Program-made: the position numbers and the translations under genes | Part shown: positions 33,430 through 41,148 of the stretch, one piece after another | Position numbering within the stretch: position 1 is the stretch's first letter | How the letters are laid out: each line of letters opens with the position of its first letter | IMG/VR virus record: IMGVR_UViG_3300025018_000138 | Coordinates: 1-64,000 of that record | DNA: 64,000 nt | DNA from: a virus | Lineage: Duplodnaviria; Caudoviricetes | Reading direction: 5' to 3' (one strand) | The notes under the pieces: model-generated | What the model was told of the DNA's origin: nothing | Seen by the model: only the letters and a program-made list of their open reading frames with translations | Database searches by the model: none

Positions 33430-34439
33430 AAATTTCCAATTTCAGCACCTACTAATGTTTTAGGATAATCAACTCCTAATGCTTTGTACAACAATTGTAC
33501 AATACTTACGAAAGATTCATCCAATTTACATAACATGTTAACATTGTTCATAACAACTCGTCTATTTTTCCAAATAAATAATTTTGACTCGTTTATATCA
33601 TCTACATAACTATCAATCATAATATAGTTACCATAAAATTTAGATACTTGAGCAACTTCTTTTTTGATTGGTAATGAATCAATGAATGAATCATCAAACA
33701 TACTAAATAAAAACGCAAATGAAGCATCAACATCATGGTCAATACACTCTTGAACTTCATCAATTCCCAACGATACGTCATCGATGAAACCTACATTATA
33801 TAATAATACTTTTGGGATGAAATTAAATGTAGTAATACATTTAGCAAATTCATCCAAGATTCTTTCCATTGATAATACTTTATCCAATTTAACAGTATCA
33901 AGAATTTTTTCAATTGCCAATTTAGTACTTGCATCAAATGTCAAACCATATTTAACATAGAATCTAAAGGCTCTAATCACCCGTAAATAATCTTCTTCAA
34001 ATCTGTGATACGGATTACCAACAGTTTTTAAAATATTATTTTCCAAATCTGATTGTCCATCAAACCAATCTAATATTTTTGTTCCATCAAAACCCATCGC
34101 ATTTATTGTAAAATCTCTACGTTGAGCATCTTCATAAAATGAATTGGTGAATTCTACTGTTGCACGTCTACCATCAGTACCCACATCTTTTCTAAATGTA
34201 GTATGTTCTACATGAACCCCGTGAATTATAAATGTGACCGTTCCATGCTCTATACCAGTATCATATGATGAAAAAGGTAATAAATCTTTAATTTCCAATG
34301 GTGTATATGCTGATGCTACATCGATATCATGTGCTTCACGATTGAGTAACATATCCCTTACACAACCACCAACAGCAATTACTTCGGGTGCATATTGATG
34401 AATGGCATGTAAAATTAATTCGATATTCGGGGTTGTCAT
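33384..34439 (-). CDS. cca: tRNA nucleotidyltransferase (CCA-adding enzyme)
   Basis: VGGCVRD, HDIDV, GIEHGTV, EDAQRRDFTINAM, EDYLRVIRAFRF. Confidence 0.9.
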   Translation of the reverse strand: MTTPNIELILHAIHQYAPEVIAVGGCVRDMLLNREAHDIDVASAYTPLEIKDLLPFSSYDTGIEHGTVTFIIHGVHVEHTTFRKDVGTDGRRATVEFTNSFYEDAQRRDFTINAMGFDGTKILDWFDGQSDLENNILKTVGNPYHRFEEDYLRVIRAFRFYVKYGLTFDASTKLAIEKILDTVKLDKVLSMERILDEFAKCITTFNFIPKVLLYNVGFIDDVSLGIDEVQECIDHDVDASFAFLFSMFDDSFIDSLPIKKEVAQVSKFYGNYIMIDSYVDDINESKLFIWKNRRVVMNNVNMLCKLDESFVSIVQLLYKALGVDYPKTLVGAEIGNFQRDTFLSLMDKLTL

Positions 34440-34557
34440 AATTATTATTGAAAGATTAAAAATTTAATTAAATAAAATGTACTAAAAATTTTTACTATTG
34501 TCAAATATATTTTACTTCTCCACCATCGTTCTTTATATCTACCAACAAACCATCGGT

Positions 34558-34592
34558 AGAGTATAACTTATCATAGAAAACTATGTTAAATT
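34558..34592 (-). repeat. Orphan copy of the tnpB-downstream 35-bp element
   Basis: 33/35 identity to 18930-18964. Confidence 0.75.
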
Positions 34593-34696
34593 GTTATTTG
34601 TCCTACATGAACCTTTAATTATATTACTAATTCTATTGAAGATAAGATTAAAATTTTTAATTCGCGAATCACGAATGAATACATATAGTAATACGT

Positions 34697-35242
34697 TTAA
34701 AAGAATAGATACGTCTTCCATTCATCAGGTATCTCCCCCGAATAAGATTTCATTAACATTAACCAATGTGGTCTATAAGGTTGTGGAATAGGTCTACCCC
34801 ATTCTTCATCAGTCAAACAATCTTTCTCATTATTGCATTTTTTACATGCAGTAACTAAATTGTCCCATGAATCTTTTCCACCCCTCGCTTTTGGTATAAC
34901 ATGGTCTAATGTTAATTCTTTTCTATTTTTATCGAACCCACAATAAACACACGCATGGTTATCACGTTTCAAAATGTTATCACGATTTAATGGAACCGCT
35001 TTGTTATGAACATTAACCCATTTATCGATTAATATAATTGAGGGTTTTTTGTATTGTAAATTGGGATTGATTGTTTTAAAAAACACATCATGTTCATATA
35101 CTATACGTGCATTACCTTTATACCAAATAGCAAAGGCACGTTCTGTTCGTATGATTTGCATAGGCATATATGCGGAATTAAGAACCAAACATTTATTGAC
35201 CATTTCGGTTGAAGTGGTTAAGTTCTTTACATTAGTTACCAT
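34697..35242 (-). CDS. HNH endonuclease (McrA-like)
   Basis: CVYCG, TLDHVIPKARGG, NLVTACKKCNNEK. Confidence 0.92.
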   Translation of the reverse strand: MVTNVKNLTTSTEMVNKCLVLNSAYMPMQIIRTERAFAIWYKGNARIVYEHDVFFKTINPNLQYKKPSIILIDKWVNVHNKAVPLNRDNILKRDNHACVYCGFDKNRKELTLDHVIPKARGGKDSWDNLVTACKKCNNEKDCLTDEEWGRPIPQPYRPHWLMLMKSYSGEIPDEWKTYLFF

Positions 35243-35301
35243 CAGTGGATTTTTATGTTATAATTGTAATTATAGTTGAATATACAAATAATATACAAAT
35301 A

Positions 35302-35333
35302 AAAAAAGATTATTTCGTCTGTCGAAATAATCT
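35302..35333 (-). terminator. Intrinsic terminator after the CAT/Cys tRNA cluster
   Basis: AAAGATTATTTCG-ACAGA-CGAAATAATCTTT followed by a U-run. Confidence 0.75.
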
Positions 35334-35339
35334 TTAGTG

Positions 35340-35412
35340 TGTTCCTAACAGGACTTGAACCTGTAACCTACTGATTATGAGTCAGTTGCTCTCACCATTG
35401 AGCTATAGGAAC
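35340..35412 (-). tRNA. tRNA-Ile2/Met(CAT)
   Basis: GTTCCTA/TAGGAAC, ACTGA-CTCATAA-TCAGT. Confidence 0.9.
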
Positions 35413-35416
35413 ATAG

Positions 35417-35491
35417 TGATGCATGGGGGATTCGAACCCCCGAATTCGAGTTTATGAGACTCGCCACGTAGACCACTGGTGTACCATGCAA
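35417..35491 (-). tRNA. tRNA(CAT) with irregular acceptor/T register
   Basis: CGAGT-CTCATAA-ACTCG, GGGGG-TTCGAAT-CCCCC; acceptor does not fit a clean 7/5 fold. Confidence 0.65.
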
Positions 35492-35499
35492 TATATTTG

Positions 35500-35582
35500 T
35501 GGCGGTGGTGGGAGTCGAACCCACGCTCTGAAACAGATAAGTTTATGAGACTTATGAGGAAAACCACACCTTCTTCACCGCA
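35500..35582 (-). tRNA. tRNA(CAT), 1:72 mismatch, long variable arm
   Basis: TGCGGTG/CACCGCC, ATAAGT-CTCATAA-ACTTAT, CTG-TTT-CAG extra arm. Confidence 0.75.
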
Positions 35583-35585
35583 AAG

Positions 35586-35656
35586 AGTTGGATAACAGAA
35601 TTGAACTGTTCTAAGATGTTTTGCAGACATCTACCTAACCACTCGGTCAATCCAAC
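35586..35656 (-). tRNA. tRNA-Cys(GCA)
   Basis: GTTGGAT/ATCCAAC, GATGT-CTGCAAA-ACATC, U73. Confidence 0.92.
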
Positions 35657-35660
35657 GTTT

Positions 35661-36362
35661 TTACATATTTATTAATGCATTTATTATTTTTTTCCATATT
35701 GGTTTAATTTTTATATTTAAATCATTATATACTTCGGGTAAATTAGATTTTAACCATTGTGGTGCAGTAAAAAAATGCATAAAATTTTCTGCAAATACTT
35801 CACTGGTGTGTTGAATACCATAAGAAGAACTTGCGTAAGTTATGGTCGATGCTATACCTTCCTTATAATATTTATAATGATATATATGACCTAATTCATG
35901 TATCAATACATTAATATTAACCACGGATGGTACTTCTAATTTATCAAGACTAACTTGAGCATAATTTCCATGACCATTATATTCCCTGACTGATACTTTA
36001 AAATCTAATTTACTTGCTATTAATTCAACTATATTAAACTTTATTTCTTTATCAATGTGTTTAGGCTCATTAGAACCCAAATCTCTTAATCTGTATATTG
36101 TTTTTGCATATTCTCGATAATTTTCAAAATTCAAGAAATCTTTTTTTGACTTTATGTCTTTTAAAGATGCATTATTTATTAAATCAACATCTTGTTTTCC
36201 ATATTTCTTATCATAATCTATTCCGAATTTATCATTTAGTATTTTCTTATATTTCTGATATGAAGGTTTTTCAGGATTCATTGATATTATATCAATATAG
36301 TCTTGAATTTCTTCTTTATTTTCATATAATAATTTACGTTTTGTCACATTTATGCTTTTCAA
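35661..36362 (-). CDS. Zincin-like metallopeptidase domain protein
   Basis: LIHELGHIYH (HExxH) and downstream SEVFAENF. Confidence 0.6.
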   Translation of the reverse strand: MKSINVTKRKLLYENKEEIQDYIDIISMNPEKPSYQKYKKILNDKFGIDYDKKYGKQDVDLINNASLKDIKSKKDFLNFENYREYAKTIYRLRDLGSNEPKHIDKEIKFNIVELIASKLDFKVSVREYNGHGNYAQVSLDKLEVPSVVNINVLIHELGHIYHYKYYKEGIASTITYASSSYGIQHTSEVFAENFMHFFTAPQWLKSNLPEVYNDLNIKIKPIWKKIINALINM

Positions 36363-36425
36363 TATGTTATGTTCATTTATTTCATTTGTTCACGTAAAAT
36401 GAACACTGTAATTATGTGAACGTTG

Positions 36426-36497
36426 TACCGTAAGCAGGATTCGAACCTGCAACCTAATGTTTATGAGACATTATGCTCACCTCTCGCATTCTACGGC
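36426..36497 (-). tRNA. tRNA-Met(CAT)
   Basis: GCCGTAG/TTACGGT, AATGT-CTCATAA-ACATT, GCAGG-TTCGAAT-CCTGC. Confidence 0.85.
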
Positions 36498-36556
36498 ATG
36501 TATCGGGAATAAAATTTTATCCCCGATGTTTTATAATTATACACAAATGTCATTTT

Positions 36557-38230
36557 TTAAATAACAATCGCTTTAATATCGTTGAGTACTGCTTTTGGGT
36601 CAAACTCAACTTTTTTAATCAGTTCATAGATATCTTGTGTATATCCTTCGAGAGAAAACACACGTGGGTGTTTACTATTAAACATTTCTGTTGGATAACC
36701 ACAAACATTTATACTATAAACATAGGTATTACCATTCAGTTTTTCATATTCTTTAAAAGAATTTATTACCGAATCTTTACCTTGCATATCACTAATGATA
36801 AATACTCTATCATATCGTCCTTTTAATGATGGAAAGATAGTATCAAACGCAGTACCATAACCAACAGACCCTTGTTTTGATGCAATTACTTTTTTAATAG
36901 TATTTACAGAATCCAAAGGATTTATATTAATAGGTTGAGTATAGTTTGCAAAATGATATACATCTGCATTTGTAGCTTTCGCTAAAGTTGATGCAACCAA
37001 TGATGCTTTTTCGATTGCTGATTTACTACCTTGTTTTTTATTTGCTAAAGTAATCAAACTTGTCATAGAACCTGAGCTATCTAATACTACAGCAGTTTTA
37101 CCTGTGAAGTAATCTTCTAAATTTGGTATTGATAATTCATATGCTTTATTTAATGCAGTTAATATTGAACCTAAATCACTTGGGCTATGTTCTTGTAACA
37201 GAAACTCCAATGCCAAATCTATTTGGTGTGGAAACACTAATGATTTTTTGATAAATTCTGGTTCAATTAGTAAAGCAGATACTTTTTCTTTTAATGTACT
37301 ATGTCCAAGTTTAATGATATTGTTTAAGTTTCTTAACAATGCCAAGTACCCAATTTTTTTAGTATCAATTAGCTCTACAAAATTTTCACCCTTTAAATCA
37401 TCCAATTCAACTTTAGCTTGCTCAACACTTAATTCACCTGATGCCACTTTTGCAGAAACATCTTGACCCGATTTGGTGTTTTTATCTTCAACAGTATTGA
37501 ACTGTTTTAATAAACCTAACGTTAATGCAAACAATGTTGGGATAGTTACTTCTCCATCATCACTAATATTTCTTGTTAGTTTATGTGCTTGTTCTTCATA
37601 TAATACATGCCCTTTGACTGCTTTAAGTAATTTAGCTTTAGGTACAGATACTACTCCTTGAATTTCGGTTTCCCGTGGGTGTACTAACTTGACAATATTC
37701 AATAAAGAAATACTAGAAGTTTTCAATTGGTATTTAGCCAATTGGTATTTATCAGCATTTTCAATCACAGATTTGAATCCACGTTTGATAGCATTTGATA
37801 ATTTCTTACCGTTATTTAATGCCATATATGCACCTGCGATTTCCATCATATCATCTAAACGATATACAACTCCACCGCGATTTTCACCACGAACACGTTT
37901 AGTGAAGAAATGAGTTCCTAATTCGGTACCACTAAGATATCTAGCTAATACTGCTGATGCAAAATGTGTTGTTGCACGTTGTCCTACGACTGAACGTACA
38001 TAAACAATTGCTTTGGCTACCAATTCTTTATCACCAATTTTATCAATTAATGATAATATTCGTGCTTCTCTTGTTTCACTTGTTTCATAAAATGTATTAT
38101 CTACACCTGTAGCAAGAATTCCTACTAATTCTACGATTGGGTCTTTTGCAAAACCGTTTCCGTTTTCATATGTAGTTACATTTGGTTCTGCTTTAGTAGC
38201 AGATACTTGGTGTGAGTTATATTTTCCCAT
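36557..38230 (-). CDS. rsr: TROVE-domain Ro60/Rsr RNA-binding protein with C-terminal vWA domain
   Basis: TFYET, YQLAKY, YLALLRNLNNI, VVLDSSGSM MIDAS, FIISDMQ. Confidence 0.9.
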   Translation of the reverse strand: MGKYNSHQVSATKAEPNVTTYENGNGFAKDPIVELVGILATGVDNTFYETSETREARILSLIDKIGDKELVAKAIVYVRSVVGQRATTHFASAVLARYLSGTELGTHFFTKRVRGENRGGVVYRLDDMMEIAGAYMALNNGKKLSNAIKRGFKSVIENADKYQLAKYQLKTSSISLLNIVKLVHPRETEIQGVVSVPKAKLLKAVKGHVLYEEQAHKLTRNISDDGEVTIPTLFALTLGLLKQFNTVEDKNTKSGQDVSAKVASGELSVEQAKVELDDLKGENFVELIDTKKIGYLALLRNLNNIIKLGHSTLKEKVSALLIEPEFIKKSLVFPHQIDLALEFLLQEHSPSDLGSILTALNKAYELSIPNLEDYFTGKTAVVLDSSGSMTSLITLANKKQGSKSAIEKASLVASTLAKATNADVYHFANYTQPININPLDSVNTIKKVIASKQGSVGYGTAFDTIFPSLKGRYDRVFIISDMQGKDSVINSFKEYEKLNGNTYVYSINVCGYPTEMFNSKHPRVFSLEGYTQDIYELIKKVEFDPKAVLNDIKAIVI

Positions 38231-38325
38231 TGTTTGCTATCCTTTCGATATTATTAGTTGATTGGAAGAATTATAATGTTATAAAATGATGTTGAATATT
38301 ATCAACATATTTGAGTTATTTGTTT

Positions 38326-38354
38326 AATATATTAAACAATTTCTAAAAAGTCAA
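38326..38354 (-). promoter_or_regulatory. Promoter TTGACT-N17-TATATT upstream of the Ro60 gene
   Basis: Consensus match with 17-nt spacer. Confidence 0.6.
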
Positions 38355-38394
38355 ATGATTGTCGTATTTTTACTATTTGAAAAAAAAATATTTT

Positions 38395-38555
38395 TGGAGA
38401 ATTTTGTGTAACAGTTTTACAGGTTCATCCCTCTGCTTTTTTTTATAATGTATATTTATAATTTGATACCTTTGCGGTGTCTACAATTATAAACAGTTGA
38501 TTTTTAATCATTGTTTTGTTTTTTGTTTTACGAAGTACCTGTTATACCGCTACCA
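38395..38555 (-). ncRNA. Y-RNA-like ncRNA 1 (no tRNA module; internal hairpin with GCAAA loop)
   Basis: 5' TGGTAGCGGTATAACAGGTACTTCGTA ... ACCTGTAAAACTGTTACACAAAATTCTCCA; family motif; nearest RNA upstream of Ro60. Confidence 0.65.
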
Positions 38556-38569
38556 AAAAAAAATAAAAT

Positions 38570-38642
38570 TTTCATCAAAAGGATTTGAGCCTTTATTTTA
38601 TCTCCGTAGAAGGGAGTTGTTCTACCATTGAACTATGATGAA
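38570..38642 (-). tRNA. Atypical tRNA-Arg(TCT)-like gene
   Basis: TTCATCA/TGATGAA, CTCC-CTTCTAC-GGAG, T loop CTCAAAT instead of TTC. Confidence 0.6.
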
Positions 38643-38647
38643 AATTG

Positions 38648-38720
38648 TACTCCTACAAGGAATCGAACCTTGATTTTTCTCCGTAGAAGGGAGATATTTT
38701 ACCATTAAAATATAAGGAAA
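38648..38720 (-). tRNA. Atypical tRNA-Arg(TCT)-like gene, weak acceptor stem
   Basis: TCTCC-CTTCTAC-GGAGA, CAAGG-TTCGATT-CCTTG; mismatched acceptor. Confidence 0.55.
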
Positions 38721-38725
38721 TATTG

Positions 38726-38798
38726 TACGTCTGATGGGGTTCGAACCCATGACTTATAGTTTAAAAGACTATTACTCTACCAACTGAGTTACAGACGT
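38726..38798 (-). tRNA. tRNA-Lys(TTT)
   Basis: ACGTCTG/CAGACGT, ATAGT-CTTTTAA-ACTAT. Confidence 0.93.
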
Positions 38799-38809
38799 AT
38801 ATTTTATTG

Positions 38810-38880
38810 TAGGAGTACAAGTAATCGAAACTTGATATATTGGATGTAAACCAATCGCTTTACCATTAAGCTATACTCCC
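38810..38880 (-). tRNA. tRNA-Val(TAC), T53-A61
   Basis: GGGAGTA/TACTCCT, ATTGG-TTTACAT-CCAAT, CAAGT-TTCGATT-ACTTG. Confidence 0.88.
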
Positions 38881-39064
38881 AAGTCGAAAACTCAGAACCA
38901 CATATTCTGAGTTTTCATGTAGTATTTATTCGATTTGATTTAATTGTATATTTTTCATCTTAGATTATTTATGTGATAATTGACCAAGAGTCTAAGATTA
39001 GTATTGATAAATTTTTTTTGATATATTTTTTGACATATATTCTTATTTATTTTATCTACTAAGT

Positions 39065-39300
39065 ATAAATCTGAGCCATTCTATTTACTTGGAATAGATT
39101 ACTTCGTCAGAAAGAAGTATCACCAAAATGCTTATATACCAATCGCATATGGTTTAAAGATTAACTCATGTGTTTATGCAGAAACCATGTGCATCTTTTG
39201 GCACATGTAGAGTTGTGATTTCAGTCACTCTAAAATCTGAAATTTCATCTGTATGCTTTCTTAAATACTAGTCACTGAAGACCATCGATACTATGTGTTC
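39065..39300 (-). ncRNA. Candidate multi-hairpin ncRNA
   Basis: No ORF of 60 aa or more; hairpins TAGAGT/ACTCTA, CATGTGC/GCACATG, TACTTC/GAAGTA, CTATT/AATAG. Confidence 0.4.
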
Positions 39301-39328
39301 ACGATTTTAATAATACAAATTACTTTTG

Positions 39329-39400
39329 CACTACGGGGGAATTTCGAAATCCCATGACAAGTTTTGGAGACCTGCATATTAGCCTTTATATGACCGCAGT
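39329..39400 (-). tRNA. tRNA-Trp(CCA), atypical T-stem closure
   Basis: ACTGCGG/CCGTAGT, CAGGT-CTCCAAA-ACTTG, GGGAT-TTCGAAA-TTCCC. Confidence 0.85.
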
Positions 39401-39445
39401 ATAAATGATACTTTTAGTATAATCAAAACATATCAGTATCCCACA

Positions 39446-39597
39446 TGAACTGTTTTTCATTTACAAGGAGTAGCAATTTACTACACATCTACCTTTTTAG
39501 TACATTAACGTGTACTACTTCGGAACAGTCCATAACGTTGATGTACAAAACGCTAACTCTTATCGTAAGTCAGAAACGCCATTTTAGCTATAGTTCA
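39446..39597 (-). ncRNA. Candidate multibranch ncRNA
   Basis: Closing TGAACT/AGTTCA; internal CTGACT/AGTTAG, AGTACA/TGTACT, GTAG/CTAC hairpins. Confidence 0.35.
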
Positions 39598-39616
39598 AAT
39601 GGTAACACATTGGATG

Positions 39617-39688
39617 TATCGCATACGAGAATCGAACTCGTGTCTCTACCTTGAAAGGGTAATGACTTAACCATTTGTCCAATGCGAC
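39617..39688 (-). tRNA. tRNA-Glu(TTC)
   Basis: GTCGCAT/ATGCGAT, TTACC-CTTTCAA-GGTAG. Confidence 0.92.
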
Positions 39689-39699
39689 ATATAAAAATA

Positions 39700-39826
39700 T
39701 AAAGAAATATCAAAACAGAATTTTTAGCGCTCTACCATTGAGCTACATGTCCCCATAAGGGACATGGTTGGACTCGAACCAACAACCACTCGTTTCAATA
39801 CGATGAAACTGTTTTTGTCACTATTA
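39700..39826 (-). ncRNA. yrlA: Y-RNA-like ncRNA 2, YrlA-type (permuted tRNA module)
   Basis: Order: stem, T arm GTTGG-TTCGAGT-CCAAC, loop-closed acceptor CATGTCCC/GGGACATG, D arm GCTC-AATGGTA-GAGC, stem; matches published YrlA topology; near the Ro60 gene. Confidence 0.85.
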
Positions 39827-39835
39827 TATTTTTTG

Positions 39836-39907
39836 CTCCCCAAGTAGGACTCGAACCTACAACCTATTGGTTAACAGCCAATTACTCTGCCATTGAGTTA
39901 TTGAGGA
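39836..39907 (-). tRNA. tRNA-Asn(GTT)
   Basis: TCCTCAA/TTGGGGA, ATTGG-CTGTTAA-CCAAT. Confidence 0.93.
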
Positions 39908-39916
39908 ATATATATG

Positions 39917-39989
39917 CGATGTTGATGGGATTCAAACCCACATAATCTTCGCTGACAACGAAGTGCATTAGTCATTATGCTACAACATC
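39917..39989 (-). tRNA. tRNA-Asp(GTC), T loop TTTGAAT
   Basis: GATGTTG/CAACATC, CTTCG-TTGTCAG-CGAAG. Confidence 0.88.
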
Positions 39990-40625
39990 ATTATGTTCAT
40001 GTTTTTCGTAGAATTTTATCCATTTTCTTATAGAATTATCTGAAACTCCATATTTTCTACCTGTAGCACTAAATCCTAATGATTTTGTGTCTTGTATTAA
40101 TATTTCATATGGTGGTCTGTTTCTTTTTCTATCTTTTTTTAATATTTCAATATTTATTTTTTTTTCTTTGAATGGGTTATTATTTTCATAATCATTTAAA
40201 TAATTTATTTTAAATTTTTCTTCATTTACTCTAATTGCTGTTTTATTTTCAATATCAGATGTAGATAAGAAAAAAATACCACCGCTTTTTACTACAATAA
40301 TAATATAATCTATTTTATTTTTATCAAAATATTTTCGTGTATTATTATATTTATTACCACCGCTAGTTGCAAGTGTTACTATCCAATTATTATTTTTATA
40401 AACACTTGTTGATTTGACTTGAACTTTTAGTAAGCAATTATCTTTTTCAATAATAAAATCATACGATTGATTTTCGTTTAATGGTTTAGATACTGTGTAT
40501 CCTTCTTTTATTAAGAAAGCTAAAGCGTATGCTTCACCAACATTACCTTTATCTTTTTGGGTTTTACAATTTTCAAATATATTCATGATATTAATTATAA
40601 TATATTTTATATTTTTGAACCCCAA
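39975..40625 (-). CDS. Free-standing PD-(D/E)XK endonuclease (group I intron-associated type) with C-terminal HTH
   Basis: KGNVGEAYA, QSYDFIIEK, KVQVKS; HTH GVSDNSIRKW. Confidence 0.8.
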   Translation of the reverse strand: MGFKNIKYIIINIMNIFENCKTQKDKGNVGEAYALAFLIKEGYTVSKPLNENQSYDFIIEKDNCLLKVQVKSTSVYKNNNWIVTLATSGGNKYNNTRKYFDKNKIDYIIIVVKSGGIFFLSTSDIENKTAIRVNEEKFKINYLNDYENNNPFKEKKINIEILKKDRKRNRPPYEILIQDTKSLGFSATGRKYGVSDNSIRKWIKFYEKHEHNDVVA

Positions 40626-40647
40626 AAATAAAATAAAATAATTTTTG

Positions 40648-40734
40648 TGCGGTTCGAAAGATTCGAACTTTACGCCACCAACCCCACTTAGTTTTTGACA
40701 ACAGTTTTACAGACTGCCGTGGGGAACGAACCGC
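40648..40734 (-). tRNA. Non-canonical tRNA-Tyr(GTA)-like gene (anticodon arm precedes D-like segment; 8/4 acceptor/T)
   Basis: GCGGTTCG/CGAACCGC, GCAGT-CTGTAAA-ACTGT, then AAC-TAAGTGGG-GTT, T arm AAAG-TTCGAAT-CTTT, A73. Confidence 0.75.
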
Positions 40735-40743
40735 AAATAAAAA

Positions 40744-40887
40744 CAAAGAAATTTATAATCAGTTGACCAACATTTCAACCCCCGTACTAATACTAATTAT
40801 ATTAACATTAGTACGGGGGGCAGGAATTGAACCTACGTTATAGCAAAGCATGATTTTGTACGAAGTATCTGATTTATTACGCTATTG
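40744..40887 (-). ncRNA. Y-RNA-like ncRNA 3, YrlA-type with extended closed acceptor
   Basis: T arm GTAGG-TTCAATT-CCTGC, 13-bp CCCCCGTACTAAT/ATTAGTACGGGGG, D-like TTGA-AATGTTGG-TCAA; family terminal motif. Confidence 0.75.
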
Positions 40888-40893
40888 TTTTTG

Positions 40894-40965
40894 TGCAGGA
40901 TAAGGGATTCGAACCCTTATAGCAAGTGTGGAAAACTTGAAGATTAACCATTATCGTAATCCTGC
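40894..40965 (-). tRNA. tRNA-Gly(TCC)
   Basis: GCAGGAT/ATCCTGC, CAAGT-TTTCCAC-ACTTG. Confidence 0.88.
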
Positions 40966-40974
40966 AAAGAATTA

Positions 40975-41055
40975 ATCAAAGAAATTTTAAATGAGCGTGT
41001 TTGTAGATGTTATGTTGTAGATAATTTACGATGAAACTCATTAAGTGCTATTGAT
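40975..41055 (-). ncRNA. Y-RNA-like ncRNA 4, minimal form
   Basis: ATCAATAGCACTTAATGAGTTTCATCGTA ... CTCATTTAAAATTTCTTTGAT; family motif with a short unstructured loop. Confidence 0.65.
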
Positions 41056-41061
41056 TAAGTG

Positions 41062-41136
41062 TACCCATAGATGGATTTGAACCATCGCATAACTGCGTAT
41101 CAGACAGTTGCCTTAACCAAGCTTGGCTATATGGGC
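41062..41136 (-). tRNA. tRNA-Ile(GAT)
   Basis: GCCCATA/TATGGGT, ACTGT-CTGATAC-GCAGT. Confidence 0.92.
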
Positions 41137-41148
41137 ATAATAAAATAA

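Noticed and set aside
39100-39120. Hammerhead core CTGACGA on the minus strand
   Set aside because: No properly placed GAAA or three-stem junction; the motif sits in a simple hairpin loop
40744-40887. Permuted tmRNA (T arm followed by GGGGGTTGA resembling a tmRNA 5' end)
   Set aside because: No tag ORF or pseudoknots; a D stem TTGA/TCAA is present and the ends carry the Y-family motif, so YrlA-type fits better
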